Origin: Octopus sinensis
Taxonomy: Eukaryota
Length of the DNA: 62,005 nt
NCBI RefSeq assembly: GCF_006345805.1
Contig: NW_021832236.1
Location: 1 to 62,005, forward strand
Reading direction: 5' to 3'
The notes under the pieces are model-generated. The model had not been told where the DNA came from and ran no database searches. It saw nothing but the letters and a program-made list of their open reading frames with translations. Made by a program: the position numbers and the translations under genes. How positions within the stretch are numbered: position 1 is the stretch's first letter; every line of letters begins with the position of its first letter. This document shows positions 27,717 to 41,379 of the stretch, piece by piece.

Positions 27717-28095
27717 CTAGCAGTATCGCCCGGCGTTGCTCGGGTTTGAAAAGGGAAATAACTATAAAGCATTTTTAGAGAGTTATAGCCAAAAAATAGC
27801 AAAAAAAAATGGGAAAAAAAATGATGGTAAATTTTTTTTGATAGTTAAAAAGTTCGAGTTGCGTCCCCTGTGGTTTGTGTTTCTGATTGTCGACCCCATG
27901 TCGAATTTACCGATCTTTTTCAGAACTGGGGGAACTTTTCAAAATTTTCGATGCGTTAGTTTTGAATTTTGACATTGGACTATGTGTGTGTCAAGTTTCA
28001 TCAGAATCAGGTGAAAGCCGTGGTCAGGGTGAGCGTACAAGAAAACAGACACACAGAAACACGCACAGACAAACTGCCGTTTATATATAGAGAGA
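27717..28095 (-). mobile_element. Non-autonomous Helitron with canonical ends
   Basis: Minus strand: A|TCTCTCTATATATAAACGG...cccgagcaacgccgggcgatactgCTAG|T. Confidence 0.8.
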
Positions 28096-28124
28096 TACAT
28101 ACATGTGTACATGCATATATACAT

Positions 28125-28163
<39 letters not shown>

Positions 28164-28164
<1 letters not shown>

Positions 28165-28550
28165 TAGCAGTATCACCCGGCATTGCTCGGGTTTGTTCGA
28201 CCCTTTAGAATTGGAATTTTTGAAAAGTAAAAATTTTGCATTATGTAGCTTGTTATTCTCTTTAAGTGTACATATTTCTGGTTGAAATACACCGAAAAAT
28301 GGCGACACGGCAGTAAAAAAATCGTAAAAAATAAGGATTTTCATAGAAAAAAAGCACCTTTTGATGTAAATAATTTTTGGTCTTAACATGGTTCGATTTG
28401 AAATTTATCTTCTACGGAATGAAGAGTAAGCCTTCTTCTATCATACTCTCAATTTTGGTCAACTTGCGCCGCAGGGTTTCGGAGGAGATAGTGCTAGTTG
28501 AAGGCTACCAAACCTGCCACTCACAGACAACTTCAGCTTTAATATATTGA
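28164..28550 (-). mobile_element. Non-autonomous Helitron, second body type
   Basis: Minus strand starts TCAATATATTAAAGCTGAAG and ends cccgagcaatgccgggtgatactgCTAG|T; homologous to 16055-16370. Confidence 0.8.
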
Positions 28551-28553
28551 ATG

Positions 28554-28602
<49 letters not shown>

Positions 28603-28785
28603 CATTTAAATATATGTATATATATTTATTTTCGTATATTTTCATCTGTCTTGCTCATTTCTTACATTTTGGCGTTTTGCTGAGATTTTTTTTGAGAACA
28701 CATTCTTCGTGGTAATGGAAATTTGACGTCTATGCTTAGCATACAGAATGTCCACTTTAGAGGTCATTCCTCTAAATTTTGTATG

Positions 28786-28819
<34 letters not shown>

Positions 28820-29111
28820 TGTATGCATGTATGTATGTATATATGAATATATATATAGCAAACCTCAGCTTCTCCTTTCACCTTTTAAAACACTTGTATA
28901 ATTGTAGTTTGCAAGGGAAACGATCATCAGCAATAGCCTCTCACTTTTTAACGTTCATATAAAAAGACTATATGTCATACGAATAGTTTTTTTTTGTACG
29001 AAGATTGTGTTGACCTTCTGTTCTCTTGTCAGAAGTCAAAGAGTTCAAGTATTACATATTGAATGTGCTTTCAGAAACGAAGCTGAACAAAAGAGACACA
29101 AAATGTACAGA

Positions 29112-29156
<45 letters not shown>

Positions 29157-29299
29157 AACTTCTTAGGGCTCGGTGAAGGGGTGTGATGTCATCCAGTGGA
29201 TTTAGCCATCGTTTCAGATCATAAAGATATGTGTACATTTCATGTCTTATCACCAGATTCGATAAAAATATATATTAAAAAACTGGGTTTTTTTTCGTT

Positions 29300-29800
29300 G
29301 GTTCAAACGCTTCCACTATATCGGAACAGACCCTCACCTTTCTCTCTTTCAGTTCAGATGTACTTCTGCGATATCCTTTTTATAGCAAGCTTACAGAGTG
29401 TAATTTCTCTGTCAGCACGAATAAATTCGTACACTTGCTCGTGTGAGAGGTCACGAGTGAAGACCTCCCACTGCCTGGTTTGTCTTCAGTACCGGTTTTC
29501 TCTTCTTTAAACTTCTTTATTCATATGTGTACATTGTTTTTGTCAATGCAGCCGCCAGTTCTGTAAGGCAACAAGTTGCTTTCTGTGAACGTCCAACATC
29601 CTACACTACTCCGTCGGGAACAATAATGGTACGTTACTTCTGGTTGTTGTTCCTTATTTGTTGCAATAAAGAAGAACAGAAAGAAAAATTACAATACAAG
29701 AAATGGTAATATACTACCATGTAAAATTTAAACGACGTATGGTATTTAATAAAAAAAAAAAATTATTGAAACTTTTGCTTTACTTTCGGTAGTACGCGCA
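29300..29800 (-). mobile_element. Decayed mariner transposase, N-terminal fragment
   Basis: Minus frames give CIDKNNVHI*IKKFKEEKTGTEDKPGSGRSS and VYEFIRADREITLCKLA, matching the mariner HTH region. Confidence 0.6.
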
Positions 29801-30041
29801 CGTTTGCGTATGCATTTTGTATCGAGTACATTCATTCAAACTGAGGTAGGGTTTCTATTTGGTATCGGTGAAGCTTATATCTGTTATGCACTAGTATTAT
29901 TTTACTGCGTAACTAGGTTCAATTCTGATCGTAATCCAAATGCTGCCCACAGTGGGAAAAGGAAGCAAATGTAATAATACTTTGAAGTTCTGATGCAGAA
30001 AAGGTCTAAGCCTATTTGGTTATTAATATTGCGTGTTAAAA

Positions 30042-30422
30042 GAACGGCGAGCTGGCAGCAAAATACTTAGCGGTATTTCGTCTGCCGTTACGTTGTGAGT
30101 TCAAATTCCGCCGAGGTCGACTTTACCTTTCATCCTTTCGGGGTCGATAAATTAAGTACCAGATACGCACTGGGATCGATGTAATCGACTTAATACCTAT
30201 GTCTGTCCTCGTTTGTCCCCTCTGTGTTTAGCCCCTTGTAGGTAATAAAGAAATAGGTATTTCGTCTGCCGTTACGTTCTGAATTCAAAAGAGACCGATA
30301 GAATAAGTACTAGGCTTACAAAGAATAAGTCCTGGGGTCGATTTGCTCGACTTAAAGGCGGTGCTCCAGCATGGCCACAGTCAAATAACTGTAACTAGTA
30401 AAAGAGTAAAAGAGTAAAGAGT
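30042..30422 (+). mobile_element. Chimeric SINE: family B body plus family A 3' tail
   Basis: B sequence runs to gttctgaattcaaa (~30288), then agagaccgatagaataagtactagg...ccagcatggccacagtc. Confidence 0.85.
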
Positions 30423-30769
30423 ATACAAAATCCAAGCTGGACGCGAACTTTCAACACGAAGTTTTCCATTAAACAATTAACAATTGCTTCTACACTGAAA
30501 ATAAATAAATGAAATTTTCTATTAAATAATAGGAAAAGAAACACCGCACCACTATTATACATATGTGATGTATATTATGCGGGTGTATGTGTGTATGTAT
30601 GTATATATTTATGTGTATGTATACGTGTTTGTGATGAATCCCTAATCATTAGAACTAGAAATGATTAGCAAGTTTGTATTTTTTTTTTCGTATTTTTTAT
30701 TTGGTTTGATTCGAATGGTAGAATTAATGAATTTCAGTGTGAACATCGTGAGACATTTGAATGTAATAA

Positions 30770-31345
30770 CCTCTGTAAATAGAGGTAATGGTGGGGTGGG
30801 GGTGGGGGGATAACCGTGATGGTGGATCTCGTGATGATGATGTTGATGATGATGATGATGTGATGATGATGATGGTCATCATCATCATCATTATCATGAC
30901 AATGATGTGATGATGGTGGTGGTGGTAGTGGCAGTGATGATTGTTCAGAGTGGTTGTAGACGTGGTGGACGATAAGGGTGGTCTTTAGTTGCATTGCTTA
31001 GAGTGACGGGTGCTGATGAAGACGATGATGATGAGGATGATGATGATGATGATGATGAGGATGATGATGATGAGGATTATGATGAAGACGATGATGATGA
31101 TGATGATGATGATGATGAAACTGATGATGAAGATGATGACGATGATGATGTTGAAGATGACGATGGTGAAGATGACGATGGTGAAGATGATGATAATAAT
31201 GATGATGATGATGATGATGATGATGTTGATGATGATGATGATGATGATAACAACAACAACAACAGCAGCAGCAGCAAAGATAATGCATATGATCAAGATT
31301 AGCATCAAATTATGATCACGATCAGAATATGATGATGATGATGAT

Positions 31346-31403
<58 letters not shown>

Positions 31404-31500
31404 CGCTGCTGTTGATATTATTAATAAGTTTTAATAATGGTAAAGATAATAACGATAATAATAACAACAACAACAACAATATTAATAAGAAACGATAATA
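30770..31500. repeat. (GAT)n/(AAC)n/(AAT)n arrays
   Basis: Seen directly; source of the poly-D/M/H ORFs. Confidence 0.9.
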
Positions 31501-31772
31501 ATTATTATAATATTGCTAATAACTGTAATGACAGTATAATGTAAAATAGAAAACAAAAAGCGAGAAGAAAAATACATAACGTAGACTGATATCTGGTTAC
31601 GGAAGTGGGGGGGAGAGAAAGTTCCAGAAAAATAAAAGTACTACTAAAACACTCAAATACACCATGACATATTTGGACTTGAACGCAAACACACACACAC
31701 ACTCACATACACACACACACACACATACACACATACACACACACGCACTTACATACATGAGCAAAATGTATG

Positions 31773-31818
<46 letters not shown>

Positions 31819-31916
31819 CACACAAAAGCAATAGCTGTTTTACTGAATATGCACGTTTGTTTATCGATTCTTCCGAAATGATAGCATGCATTTATTCAAA
31901 GACACACGCACACACA

Positions 31917-31962
<46 letters not shown>

Positions 31963-32293
31963 AACACACACACACACATTCACATCCATGCTCTTATACA
32001 CACATGTAGAGGCATGCACTCACGCACGAATATGAATATGAGTGTCTATATGAATGCATACACACATATATACATACATATGTTGAACTCCATATGTTTC
32101 ATACGCACACGTTATATATACATAAGTGTGCGCATATATGTTTATGTATGTATGCATGTATGCATGTATATATATATATATATATATTTGTATATATACA
32201 TACATATGCATAATACATATATACATGCATACATACATACATACATACGTACATACATACATATATAATATATATATATATATAATAAACCTT

Positions 32294-32355
<62 letters not shown>

Positions 32356-32510
32356 CATACATATATGCATATATATATATATATATACATATATGTACAT
32401 CGATAGGCACACATATTCCTCACACACATACACATACACACACACGCATATACACACGTAGATGTATGTATGTGTGTATGTCTGCATGTATGTATGTGTG
32501 TATGTGTGTG

Positions 32511-32544
<34 letters not shown>

Positions 32545-32746
32545 TGTATGTCTAAATCAATATAATTCTATAATTGCCGTGATGATTGTCATCTGCAGGG
32601 ATTAAAACAACAAATTAATATAATCCCTCTTTCGCTTTAATTCCCATGCAACGATAGAGATGACAATAAATTTCACTCATTGACAAATTGCTTAGTTTGT
32701 GGTGGTGGTCGTGGCAGTGTCGGTACTGTTGTTGTTGTTGTTTTAT

Positions 32747-32780
<34 letters not shown>

Positions 32781-32829
32781 AGGCATTTTTGTGGTATTGT
32801 AAATAGCTGGATTATTAGTTGGATAAATA

Positions 32830-33234
32830 AACGTTGTTTAGTAGTTGTGGCCGGTTCCTGTTGCTGTTGATCGAACGGTCTTCATCCCAGAACTCGCAAA
32901 TGGGAGAAGTCCGAAACGTGGTCCTTTTGCGATTCGTAAGACCCGCAGAAGACAAAGCAGGTCAACCCCCGACACCGAGAGCATCGACGGATGGATGAAT
33001 GCGCATCCAGGCTCAGCAGTTGCGTAGGAAGTCGGGGACGAGAAACTGGAAGAAAGAGTGAGAGAAAGTTGGAGCGAAAGAGTACAGCAGGGATCGCCAC
33101 TACCCCCTGCCGGAGCCTCGTAGAGCTTTAGGTGTTTTCGCTCAATAAACACACACAACACCCGGTGTGGGAATCGAAACAGCGATCCTCCGACCGCGAG
33201 TCCGCTGCCTTAACCACTGGGCCATTGCGCCTCC
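32830..33234 (-). mobile_element. tRNA-Arg-like SINE family C, tail type 1
   Basis: Minus: ggaggcgcaatggcccagtggttaaggcagcggactcgcggtcggaggatcgctgtttcgattcc...gagcgaaaacacctaaagctc. Confidence 0.85.
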
Positions 33235-33319
33235 ACTACTGCTGCTGTTGCTTTGCTCCGTGTCCTCACTGGTCGAGTAGACCTTTATCCAAAGATCATT
33301 CTAGGCCTGAGGTTACTGG

Positions 33320-33730
33320 TTGAATCGTTAGCACGCCGGATAAAATGCGTAGCAATATTTCGTCCGGCTTGGTGCAGTGGTTGACTTGGCCTTTTATCAT
33401 TTCGGGGTCGATAATTTAAGTTCCAGTGAAACATTGGGGTTGATGTAACCGGCTGGGTTGCTCTCACAAAATTTCAACCCTTGTACCTTTAGAAAGGATT
33501 CTCCTTATTGTTATTAAGGTGCTGAGCTGGTAGAATCGTTAGCACATCGGGCAAAATGCTTAGCGGCATCTCATCCATCCTTACGTTCTGAGTTCAATTT
33601 CTACCGTGGTCGACTTTGCCTTTCATCCTTTCGGTGTCGATAAATTAAGTATCAGTGAAACACTAGGGTCGATATAATTGACTAGTCCCTTCCCCCCCAA
33701 ATTTCAGGCCTTGTACCTTTAGCAGAAAGG
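33320..33730 (+). mobile_element. Two tandem SINE family B copies
   Basis: gaatcgttagcacgccgg at ~33323 and gagctggtagaatcgttagcacatcggg at ~33524. Confidence 0.8.
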
Positions 33731-33734
33731 ATTA

Positions 33735-34680
33735 TTATTATTTTTTCCTTCTTTTTTAAAATTTCTTCCGTTTCTCGCCGAGTATTTTCCGTACACCTAG
33801 GGCAGAGAAGCTCATTGTATGCATTCCCAGATTACACGCTCAAATTCACAGGTAAAATATGTATCTAAAAATTAATAAATAAATAAATTCATGAATGGAT
33901 GTTGTTTACACAGCGATAATACTCTTCTTAGTACATGAGCCGTTCCAGTTAATACGATTTTTTGCACTTCCTGTAGGGATGGTAAACCTGGTATCATTTT
34001 CAAATAGGTTTCAGTACCTTTTTTTTTTATCATTCCTAGAGATCCTACAATCACTGGTACTAAAGTCGCCTTGAGATGCCACATTTTTTCAATTTCTGTT
34101 CAATTACTGATCTTGTCAAATTCTTTCGCCGCTATATTGTGATCGCAAGGAATACTCATGTCAATTAATAAACACATCTTTTTTGTCTGATCTTTTATAA
34201 TAATATCCGGTTTATTAGCTTTTATAGTCGTGTCGGTCTGTACGGGGAAGTCCCATAGAATCGACACATTTTCTCCCTCAGTCACAGCTTCACAATGGTG
34301 TTTATACCATTTGTCAGCGGTTTTGATTTTATAATGCCGACATATTGTCCAATGTAAATACTGGCCGACTCTGTCATGTCTTGCTTTATATTCCACAGGT
34401 GCTAAGACTCTACACCCTGAGATTATGTGGCCTATATTTTCAATCTCATCATTACAGAATCGGCATTTTGGGTCAGCTCCATTTTTTATCACATTAACTT
34501 GGTAGTTCCGGGTTAATAAGCTTTGATCTTGAGCAGCTAATATGAAACCTTCACTCTCTGCTTTTAGCCCTGAGCTTCGTAACCATTGGTGCGTGTGTTT
34601 CTGGTCGACATCAACTTGTTTGCTACGGGCCACATGCTTGCTATGCAGAGGTTTCTGTTCCCATCTGCTAGCTAATTTTT
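33735..34680 (-). mobile_element. R4/Dong-like LINE 3' fragment (CCHC knuckle and RLE)
   Basis: WLRSSGLKAESEGFILAAQDQ, CRFC...HIISGC, RHDRV, ANKPDII, LIDMSIP, MWHLKATLVPVIVGSLG. Confidence 0.9.
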
Positions 34681-34689
34681 CATGTGCTT

Positions 34690-35085
34690 TTGTCTTTGCA
34701 ATTAATTTTATTTTCTTTGCAGCAGCCGTTGGCGCATATATTTATGTCGATTGGGGCAGTCATATCAATGAGGAGGCATGATTTTTGTCTGAAGTCTTTC
34801 AATATAATGTCTGGCCTATTCGCATCTGTTTTCCTGCCAGTTTGAATGATGAAGTTCGAGAGGAGTGAGATGTGATCCATTTCAAGCACTGGAGGTTGTT
34901 TGTGTTCCCACCAGTTTTTATTATAGGGCAGGTCCAGGATTTTGCAAATTACCCAGTGAATATACTGTGCTACTCTACCAAACTTGTTGAGATACTTCGT
35001 TGGTGCAAGAGGACTGCACACAGAGACATGATCAATGGTCTCATTTTGTTATTTACGTACACGACATGTTGGGCTACTCCAGTTC
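34690..35085 (-). mobile_element. Second R4/Dong-like RLE fragment, different subfamily
   Basis: VAQYIHWVICK...WWEH...ANRPDIILKD...CLLIDM. Confidence 0.8.
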
Positions 35086-35694
35086 TTTAATCTCTCTATT
35101 TAGGGTTAATTTTTTTGAAACAACATCGCCTCCGAGTTCTCTGAATGAAACCATTGCTCGTATCGTAGCTTCTTAAGGCTAATAAATATGTATTCGTCTG
35201 TATTTCATTTTTTTGTTGATAGATTTGTCTCCGGGCATAGTGTTTTGGGGGTGTTTTTAAACTTATGAATTATTCACTCTGTCTGTGTTAGTTCGAAAAA
35301 TATAAAAATTTGTTTTGTTATTCTTTTTTGCTTCGTTTGTGTCACGTGCTTCCATATACGTGCATGTGTGCCCTATAAATTACACGTTGTTGTGTAAAAA
35401 TTGGGATGTATGTGTAGTCCTTTAGGTATTAAAACGTATATATGATTGTGCAGACATTCGAGTGTATGCATAATTAATCGATTTACTTACTGTGTTCTTC
35501 CACTTATATTTTATAATTTTAAACTTTCCGATATTGATTTTCAATATGCTTTTTATACATGTTTCACTGAGACATCGTGCATGGGAGAAACTGTGCTTTG
35601 TATGGCAGTAAACTTTCGTTTTTGTGATTATTTTCGCTAACAGGACGCTTCCTTCTAGTTTTCCGCAAGTTCCTTTATCCCATTCTACCCCATT

Positions 35695-35697
35695 TCA

Positions 35698-35739
<42 letters not shown>

Positions 35740-35753
35740 TATTATTATTATTG

Positions 35754-35815
<62 letters not shown>

Positions 35816-35862
35816 TTTGTTGTTGTTGTTGTTGTTGTTATTGGTATTATTATTATTGTTGT

Positions 35863-35895
<33 letters not shown>

Positions 35896-36198
35896 TATTA
35901 TTATTATTATTATTATTATTTTGTTGTTGTTGTTGTTGTTGTTATTGGTATTATTATTATTGTTGTTATTATTATTATTATTATTATTACTATTATTATT
36001 ATTATATATTATTATTATTATTATTATTATTTTGTTGTTGTTGTTGTTGTTATTGGTATTATTATTATTGTTGTTGTTATTATTATTTATTATTATTATT
36101 ACTATTATTATTATATTATTATTATATTTTGTTGTTGTTGTTGTTGTTATTGGTATTATTATTATTATTGTTGTTATTATTATTATTATTATTATTAC

Positions 36199-36256
<58 letters not shown>

Positions 36257-36260
36257 TTCA
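35695..36260. repeat. (TAT)n array with a ~100-bp higher-order unit
   Basis: ttttgttgttgttgttgttgttattggtattatt recurs at ~35815, 35920, 36030 and 36126. Confidence 0.9.
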
Positions 36261-36267
36261 TTAGCAT

Positions 36268-36640
36268 CTTCTTTCAATTCTGTTTCCATTTCTTGCCGAG
36301 TGTCTTCCTGACACCTAGGGCAGAGAAAGATACTGTATACATTGGTAGGCCATTAAAATAATCACACCCGATTGTTCATTTACAATGTTATGTGATAGAG
36401 AAAAGGGGGAAGACAGAGAGAAAAAGGAAAAAATAAAGAAAAGAGTAAGCAAATAAAATAAAAGAGGAAAAAGGAAAGAAAATTCACAGCGACAATTCGC
36501 TTCTGAATACATGTGACGCACCAGTAAAGACAATCTTTTACAGTTCCTGTATAGGTGGTAAGCCAGAGATCATTCTTAAATAATTTCCAGGTCCTTTCTC
36601 GATCATTCCAAGTGCTCCAACAATTATTACAGCGCATGCC
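36268..36640 (-). mobile_element. R4/Dong-like LINE, extreme 3' end
   Basis: IIVGALGMIEKGPGNYLRMISGLP on the minus strand; 3' UTR motif cacctagggcagagaa shared with ~33795. Confidence 0.7.
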
Positions 36641-37384
36641 ATCAAAGTGTCACAGGGGTACAAATATACGAAACCCAATATATCTATAATGACCATCCGT
36701 CTGATAAGGGTACACCAAGTACGCGCATCACAAACATAGGTGCGCGATATGGTGAACTCATATCAATGTAATGACAGTTTGACGGACAGCGCATGACCTT
36801 ACAGGTTAGAATTTCCTTCAGGTCGATTTGCCCATTCCACTCAAAAGGTCCCTGAATAAGGTTTATTTATGGATATGGTCTTAGGCAGATCTGGCTAACT
36901 ATTTTTGAATTTATTGTTGCGTAGTCAAATATTCGTTTCGCAAAAGGTGGTTTTAAGAATCGATCTCAATGCTTAGTGTCTTCTACTAATGCCTTATGAG
37001 CAATATTTGGTCGGCGGAAACAGCATAGAAACTTGTCTGAAGGATGGCCCTTATTATTGGCCGGTGGACTTAATCTATCACCAAACTTAACAATACCACC
37101 TGGTCACTGAGTATTTTTAGAGGAATCTACACAGTTACTGGCAATTGGGGCCATATCTCTGATCGAGGGGTCGCCTATTCTCTTCCTCCTGCTAGTTGAG
37201 GTGGTCCTTGGAAGGATCATGGCCCTTATCTTTGCCCTTCTGATTATAACATACAAAGCATCAAGCAATTACATACAGAGTTTTTTGGCCCCTTATCGTC
37301 TTTAAAGGGTCCGTGTGTGGGGGTGTGGGGTGTGATGACGGTTTAATGGACAAATGGAGGACAGTTCAGTTTGCTGTGAGACGA

Positions 37385-37525
37385 GGGAAAGGGATCAAGT
37401 GAATCGATTCCAGTATATTTTTGTTATTATTTTATTGATTTAGAAGAAATGAAAAGCTCATATGGCTTCATCGAGATTTGAACTTTCAATGTAAAAACGA
37501 CGTAACATATTGCTACGGTATTATG
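37385..37525 (-). mobile_element. Degenerate SINE family B
   Basis: aatcgattccagt...ttcatcgagatttgaact resembles the reverse of the family B body. Confidence 0.4.
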
Positions 37526-37848
37526 TGTATGTATGTTTTATTTGTGAATTTACGCGTTTATATGTGTATGTGTATATGTGTGTGGTATGCAAGTATTTTG
37601 CCGGACACCGTCTGCATATCCTAAAGCATCCACACTAACACACACACATACAAATACAGACATACTACTTAAGCCAAGTACATTTCTTTCCTAGATATGA
37701 CTGTCTACTCTCTACACCAAACCACTCGTTGCCGCAACCACTTGGCCAATTTTCCTCATTCTACCAACCAATTATCATCACAACCTCTCCAGGAATAAAA
37801 AAAATACCTTTAAAAACTCTTTTAAAAAAAGCACAAAGGAAGAAGTTA

Positions 37849-39091
37849 CGAGGGGCGTTCAATAAGTAATGCCCCTGACCCACTTCCCATAGCAGTAGAG
37901 CAACGACACTTGGCACAGTTATTAGTCTTTTCCTACATAGGAACTACCCAGAGTTATGCATTTCTCCCATCGTTTGATACAGCTCTGGAGACCGTTTTTG
38001 TAGAAGACCCCAGCTTGGTCCTCCAACCACGACGTGACTTCAGAAATCAAGGCTGCATCATCTGGGAAACGCTTTCCTTTCAAAATCAACTTCATGGCTG
38101 GGAAGAGGTGAAAATCAGAGGGTGCAAGGGGAGGAGTTCATAACTGCACGCCTGTGCTTCTGATCTGGCGACACGCGAGTTGTGGACCGGAGCGTTGTCC
38201 TGCAGGAGGAGGATGCCTTTGCTGATCTTGCCCCGCCTCTTGATTTTCATAGCTTCTCTTAATTTCCTCAAAAGTGAAGCATAATAGGCTCCTGTAAGGA
38301 AATCTGTCATCACTACTCCGTCCTGGTGCCAGAAGACTGTGAGCATAACCTTGTCAGCGGAGGGCTGCACCCTTGCCTTCTTTGGAGGAGGTGAGTCACG
38401 GTGCTTTCACTGCATTAACTGGGCTTTGGTCTATGGATCATAGTGATGGACCCAGGTTTTATCCTGTGTGATCAGTCTTTTGAAAAATTTTGACTCATCT
38501 TCTTGGCACATCTCCAAATTCATCCTCGAGCACTCAACGCGTTCTTGCTTCTGGAAAGGTGTGAGCAACCTGGAAATCCATCTGGCAGACACCTTTTGCA
38601 TATGCAAATGGTCATGAATGATAGTTTCCACAAACCCGGTACTAATCTTGACCTTATGGGTTATTTGGCGAATAGTTATACGTCGATCTTCCAAAATGGC
38701 AGCCTCAACTTAACGGACAGACCTCTCATCAACGGCAGAAGGGGGCGACCAGATCTGGGAGCTGTTTCCACAGAGTTCCGACTATGTTTGAATTCACAAT
38801 GCCAGCGTTTTACAAGGTCATATGATGGGGCATCATCACCATAAGTTACTTTCATTTCATCAAAAGTCTCCCGTGGTGTGTGTCCTTTCAAATACAAAAA
38901 CCAGATCACTGCTCGACACTCAACAGGCCCCATTTCACACTTGACTCAGTTCAAACACCTGTAAATCAGAAACCACAATTAGTTAATTCACCACTTAATC
39001 TATAGAGGTATAAATAAGTGCACATGCAAAATTTCAGCTAGATCAAACAACTGCAAGTGGGTCAGAGGCATTACTTATTGAACGTCCCTCG
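37849..39091 (-). mobile_element. Near full-length mariner transposon (irritans-like), transposase inactivated
   Basis: TIRs cgaggggcgttcaataagtaatgcccctgacccactt / aagtgggtcagaggcattacttattgaacgtccctcg flanked by TA; frameshifted RSGRP, KVSARWISRLL, ITQDKTWVHHYDP, LLQDNAPVH. Confidence 0.95.
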
Positions 39092-39099
39092 TACATCGA

Positions 39100-40330
39100 G
39101 AAACAATCAAATTTTTTTCAGACTTCAACAATAAAATCAACACTTTGGACACGACTGTACGTACATTCAACATATCAATCACCAGCACGCACTACAATGT
39201 GCACCTATCAACAAAAAAAATTATAGACAAATTCAAAAGATATATTTCGTAAAGCAGCAAAAAGAAAGAAAATATAATTCTAATTATATTCCAGAATTAG
39301 CAAACCTCAAAAATCTGGAAGCTGGCCTCAAATATTATATACACAAGCAACAAATGCAACTGAAATAAAACTCATCAAATAACCGAAGAGATGAAAAAAA
39401 AACACACAGAAAAACAGAAAACTAGCAAACAATTGTATGCAACGTTGAAAAAGCCCATGGATTTAACTGTAAAACACTATGTATAGTAATTAAGAGCACC
39501 AGCAACTGATATCACACCGCATGTCACATTAACAACCTCGAAAAGGAAACACACCACTCGCATCATGTAACCATTCCTTTCCGAGATTTCTCGAAAGTCA
39601 GTCACCAATATCTGCACAAAGAAGCGAAAGGAAACGAAGTAAAAATAAACGTTTTTCACATCGACCATGATTTTAAATCTTTCCTTCCATGAAACAGAAG
39701 CCACAGAGAAATATATTAACTTAAAAATTCCAAGGCTAGAAAATCTCAGAAACATAGACTTAAAACACCTTGAGCCTGAAGGCATCGCTGTGCTCACCAA
39801 ATTTTACAACTATTCGTGCCAATAGTGCCAAGTTCCGAGAATCTGAAATATTTGAAGAATTCTAAAGGCAAACAAGAACCATCTACGCTATAACTCTCAA
39901 AATTTCTAGCGCACAATTTTCTCTCACAGACTCAGAGCTCTTTATTTAACGATCATACTACGCACAAACATAGCACACAAAATATATGATATCTTCGACA
40001 CAAGACCATTTTCTAGTGGTGCCATTCTAACTGCCATTGACATCAGCAAAGCTTTTAATGTCACTCACTGTTGTGTGCTAATTTTAAAAAAAACAACAAC
40101 TCAATAACATATTAAGGAACGATATAAAACGTTGGGTGACAAACTACCTTCCGAGCAATCAAGTTTACGTAGTGTATAAGAACACTTCCAGAATCTGAAA
40201 CTTCTCGAAAAGAGTACCCCAGAAACCCGTTCTCTCATTCTCCTTTGTCAGCCTATGCGTCTACGCGACATCCACACGCTTACACAGCTTCATACGTAGA
40301 CGATGCCGAGGTCATATCTTTCCAACATTT
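39100..40330 (+). mobile_element. Highly decayed LINE reverse transcriptase (Jockey/I-like)
   Basis: Remnants LKHLEPEGIAVLTKFYNYS, AILTAIDISKAFN, KRWVTNYL, VPQ, SYVDD. Confidence 0.55.
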
Positions 40331-40811
40331 TCCAGGGTTGATCTGGGATAAAACAACATTAATACTACAGTTATCATTAGCGAAAAAAGGTCTTGGTTCT
40401 GGTTCTTTGTCCTGCTAAAATTAGCCAAGAAATTTCTCTTAAATTACATCACGTCTTTAAATAAGGACGCATTGGATTGTCGTATAAGTTCTTATGAAGA
40501 CGGTTAAGAATGTCTTAGATCTTATGTCTGCTCAGCCAGAGCTAAATAACGTCAAATGAAGGTCGGTCCTCTATGTAGTCACCGAGCCTCCTAGAAATAG
40601 CAACTTAGTTACTTTAATCACACGTCTTAGCATCTTTAAGAAAGGAAGGACTAACTGGATATTGTTTAGGATGGCCGCGACTGGAATATCTCTGACCAGG
40701 GTTAACCTAGGTCTAAATAGAAGCAACGGCAACTGCAGGTTCTATTGATTTGAACGCCAACTTTTCTAACATCATCCTATAAATCAAGGTGCACATCCGT
40801 AGACACAAATA

Positions 40812-41379
40812 TTGGGTTGTCCGGAAAGTTCATGCCGATTTATAGTAGCTTACCTTTCGACTTATTTTAGAACATCGTTGAGTCCATAAAATAGGATTTG
40901 ACTACACCTCCATTTAGAGCACAGTTTAAGCTATCTTTTCGTGGAAGAAGGTTTATGTTCCTATAACCTGTGTTAATTCTGTAACCCTTTAAAATGGAAG
41001 ATAAGAAAGTTCGTTTTCGGTAGTTGATGCTTTGGGAACCAGACAAAAATTGCTGCAGCTCGGCTGGGATGTATTCCCCCCACCCTCCATATTCACCAGA
41101 TATTGCTCCTTCGGATTTCCACTTATTCAGGTCTTTGCAGAATAGTCTTAATGGTAAAAACTTCAATTCCTTGGATGATGCATAAAAGATACCTTGATGA
41201 ATTCTTTGCCATGAAACCACCTCAATTCTGGAAAGAGGGTATTTTCAAGTTAAAGGAAAGATAGAGACGCATTGTGCAACAAAATGGTTCATATTTAGTT
41301 GATTAAAAATGTAATGGCAAGTATTTATTGACCATTTTCTTTCCGTTAAAAATCGGCACGAATTTTCCGAACAACCCAA
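40812..41379 (+). mobile_element. Internally deleted mariner (568 bp)
   Basis: TIRs ttgggttgtccggaaagttcatgccgattt / aaatcggcacgaattttccgaacaacccaa with TA flanks; retains LGWDV-PHPPYSPDIAPSDFHLFRSLQN. Confidence 0.9.

Noticed and set aside
29552-29628. Apparent + strand exon with good splice sites (tgcag|...AATG|gtacgt; ASSVRQQVAFCERPTSYTTPSGTIM)
   Set aside because: It lies antisense within a decayed mariner N-terminus, so a host exon is unlikely; exonisation cannot be excluded without RNA data
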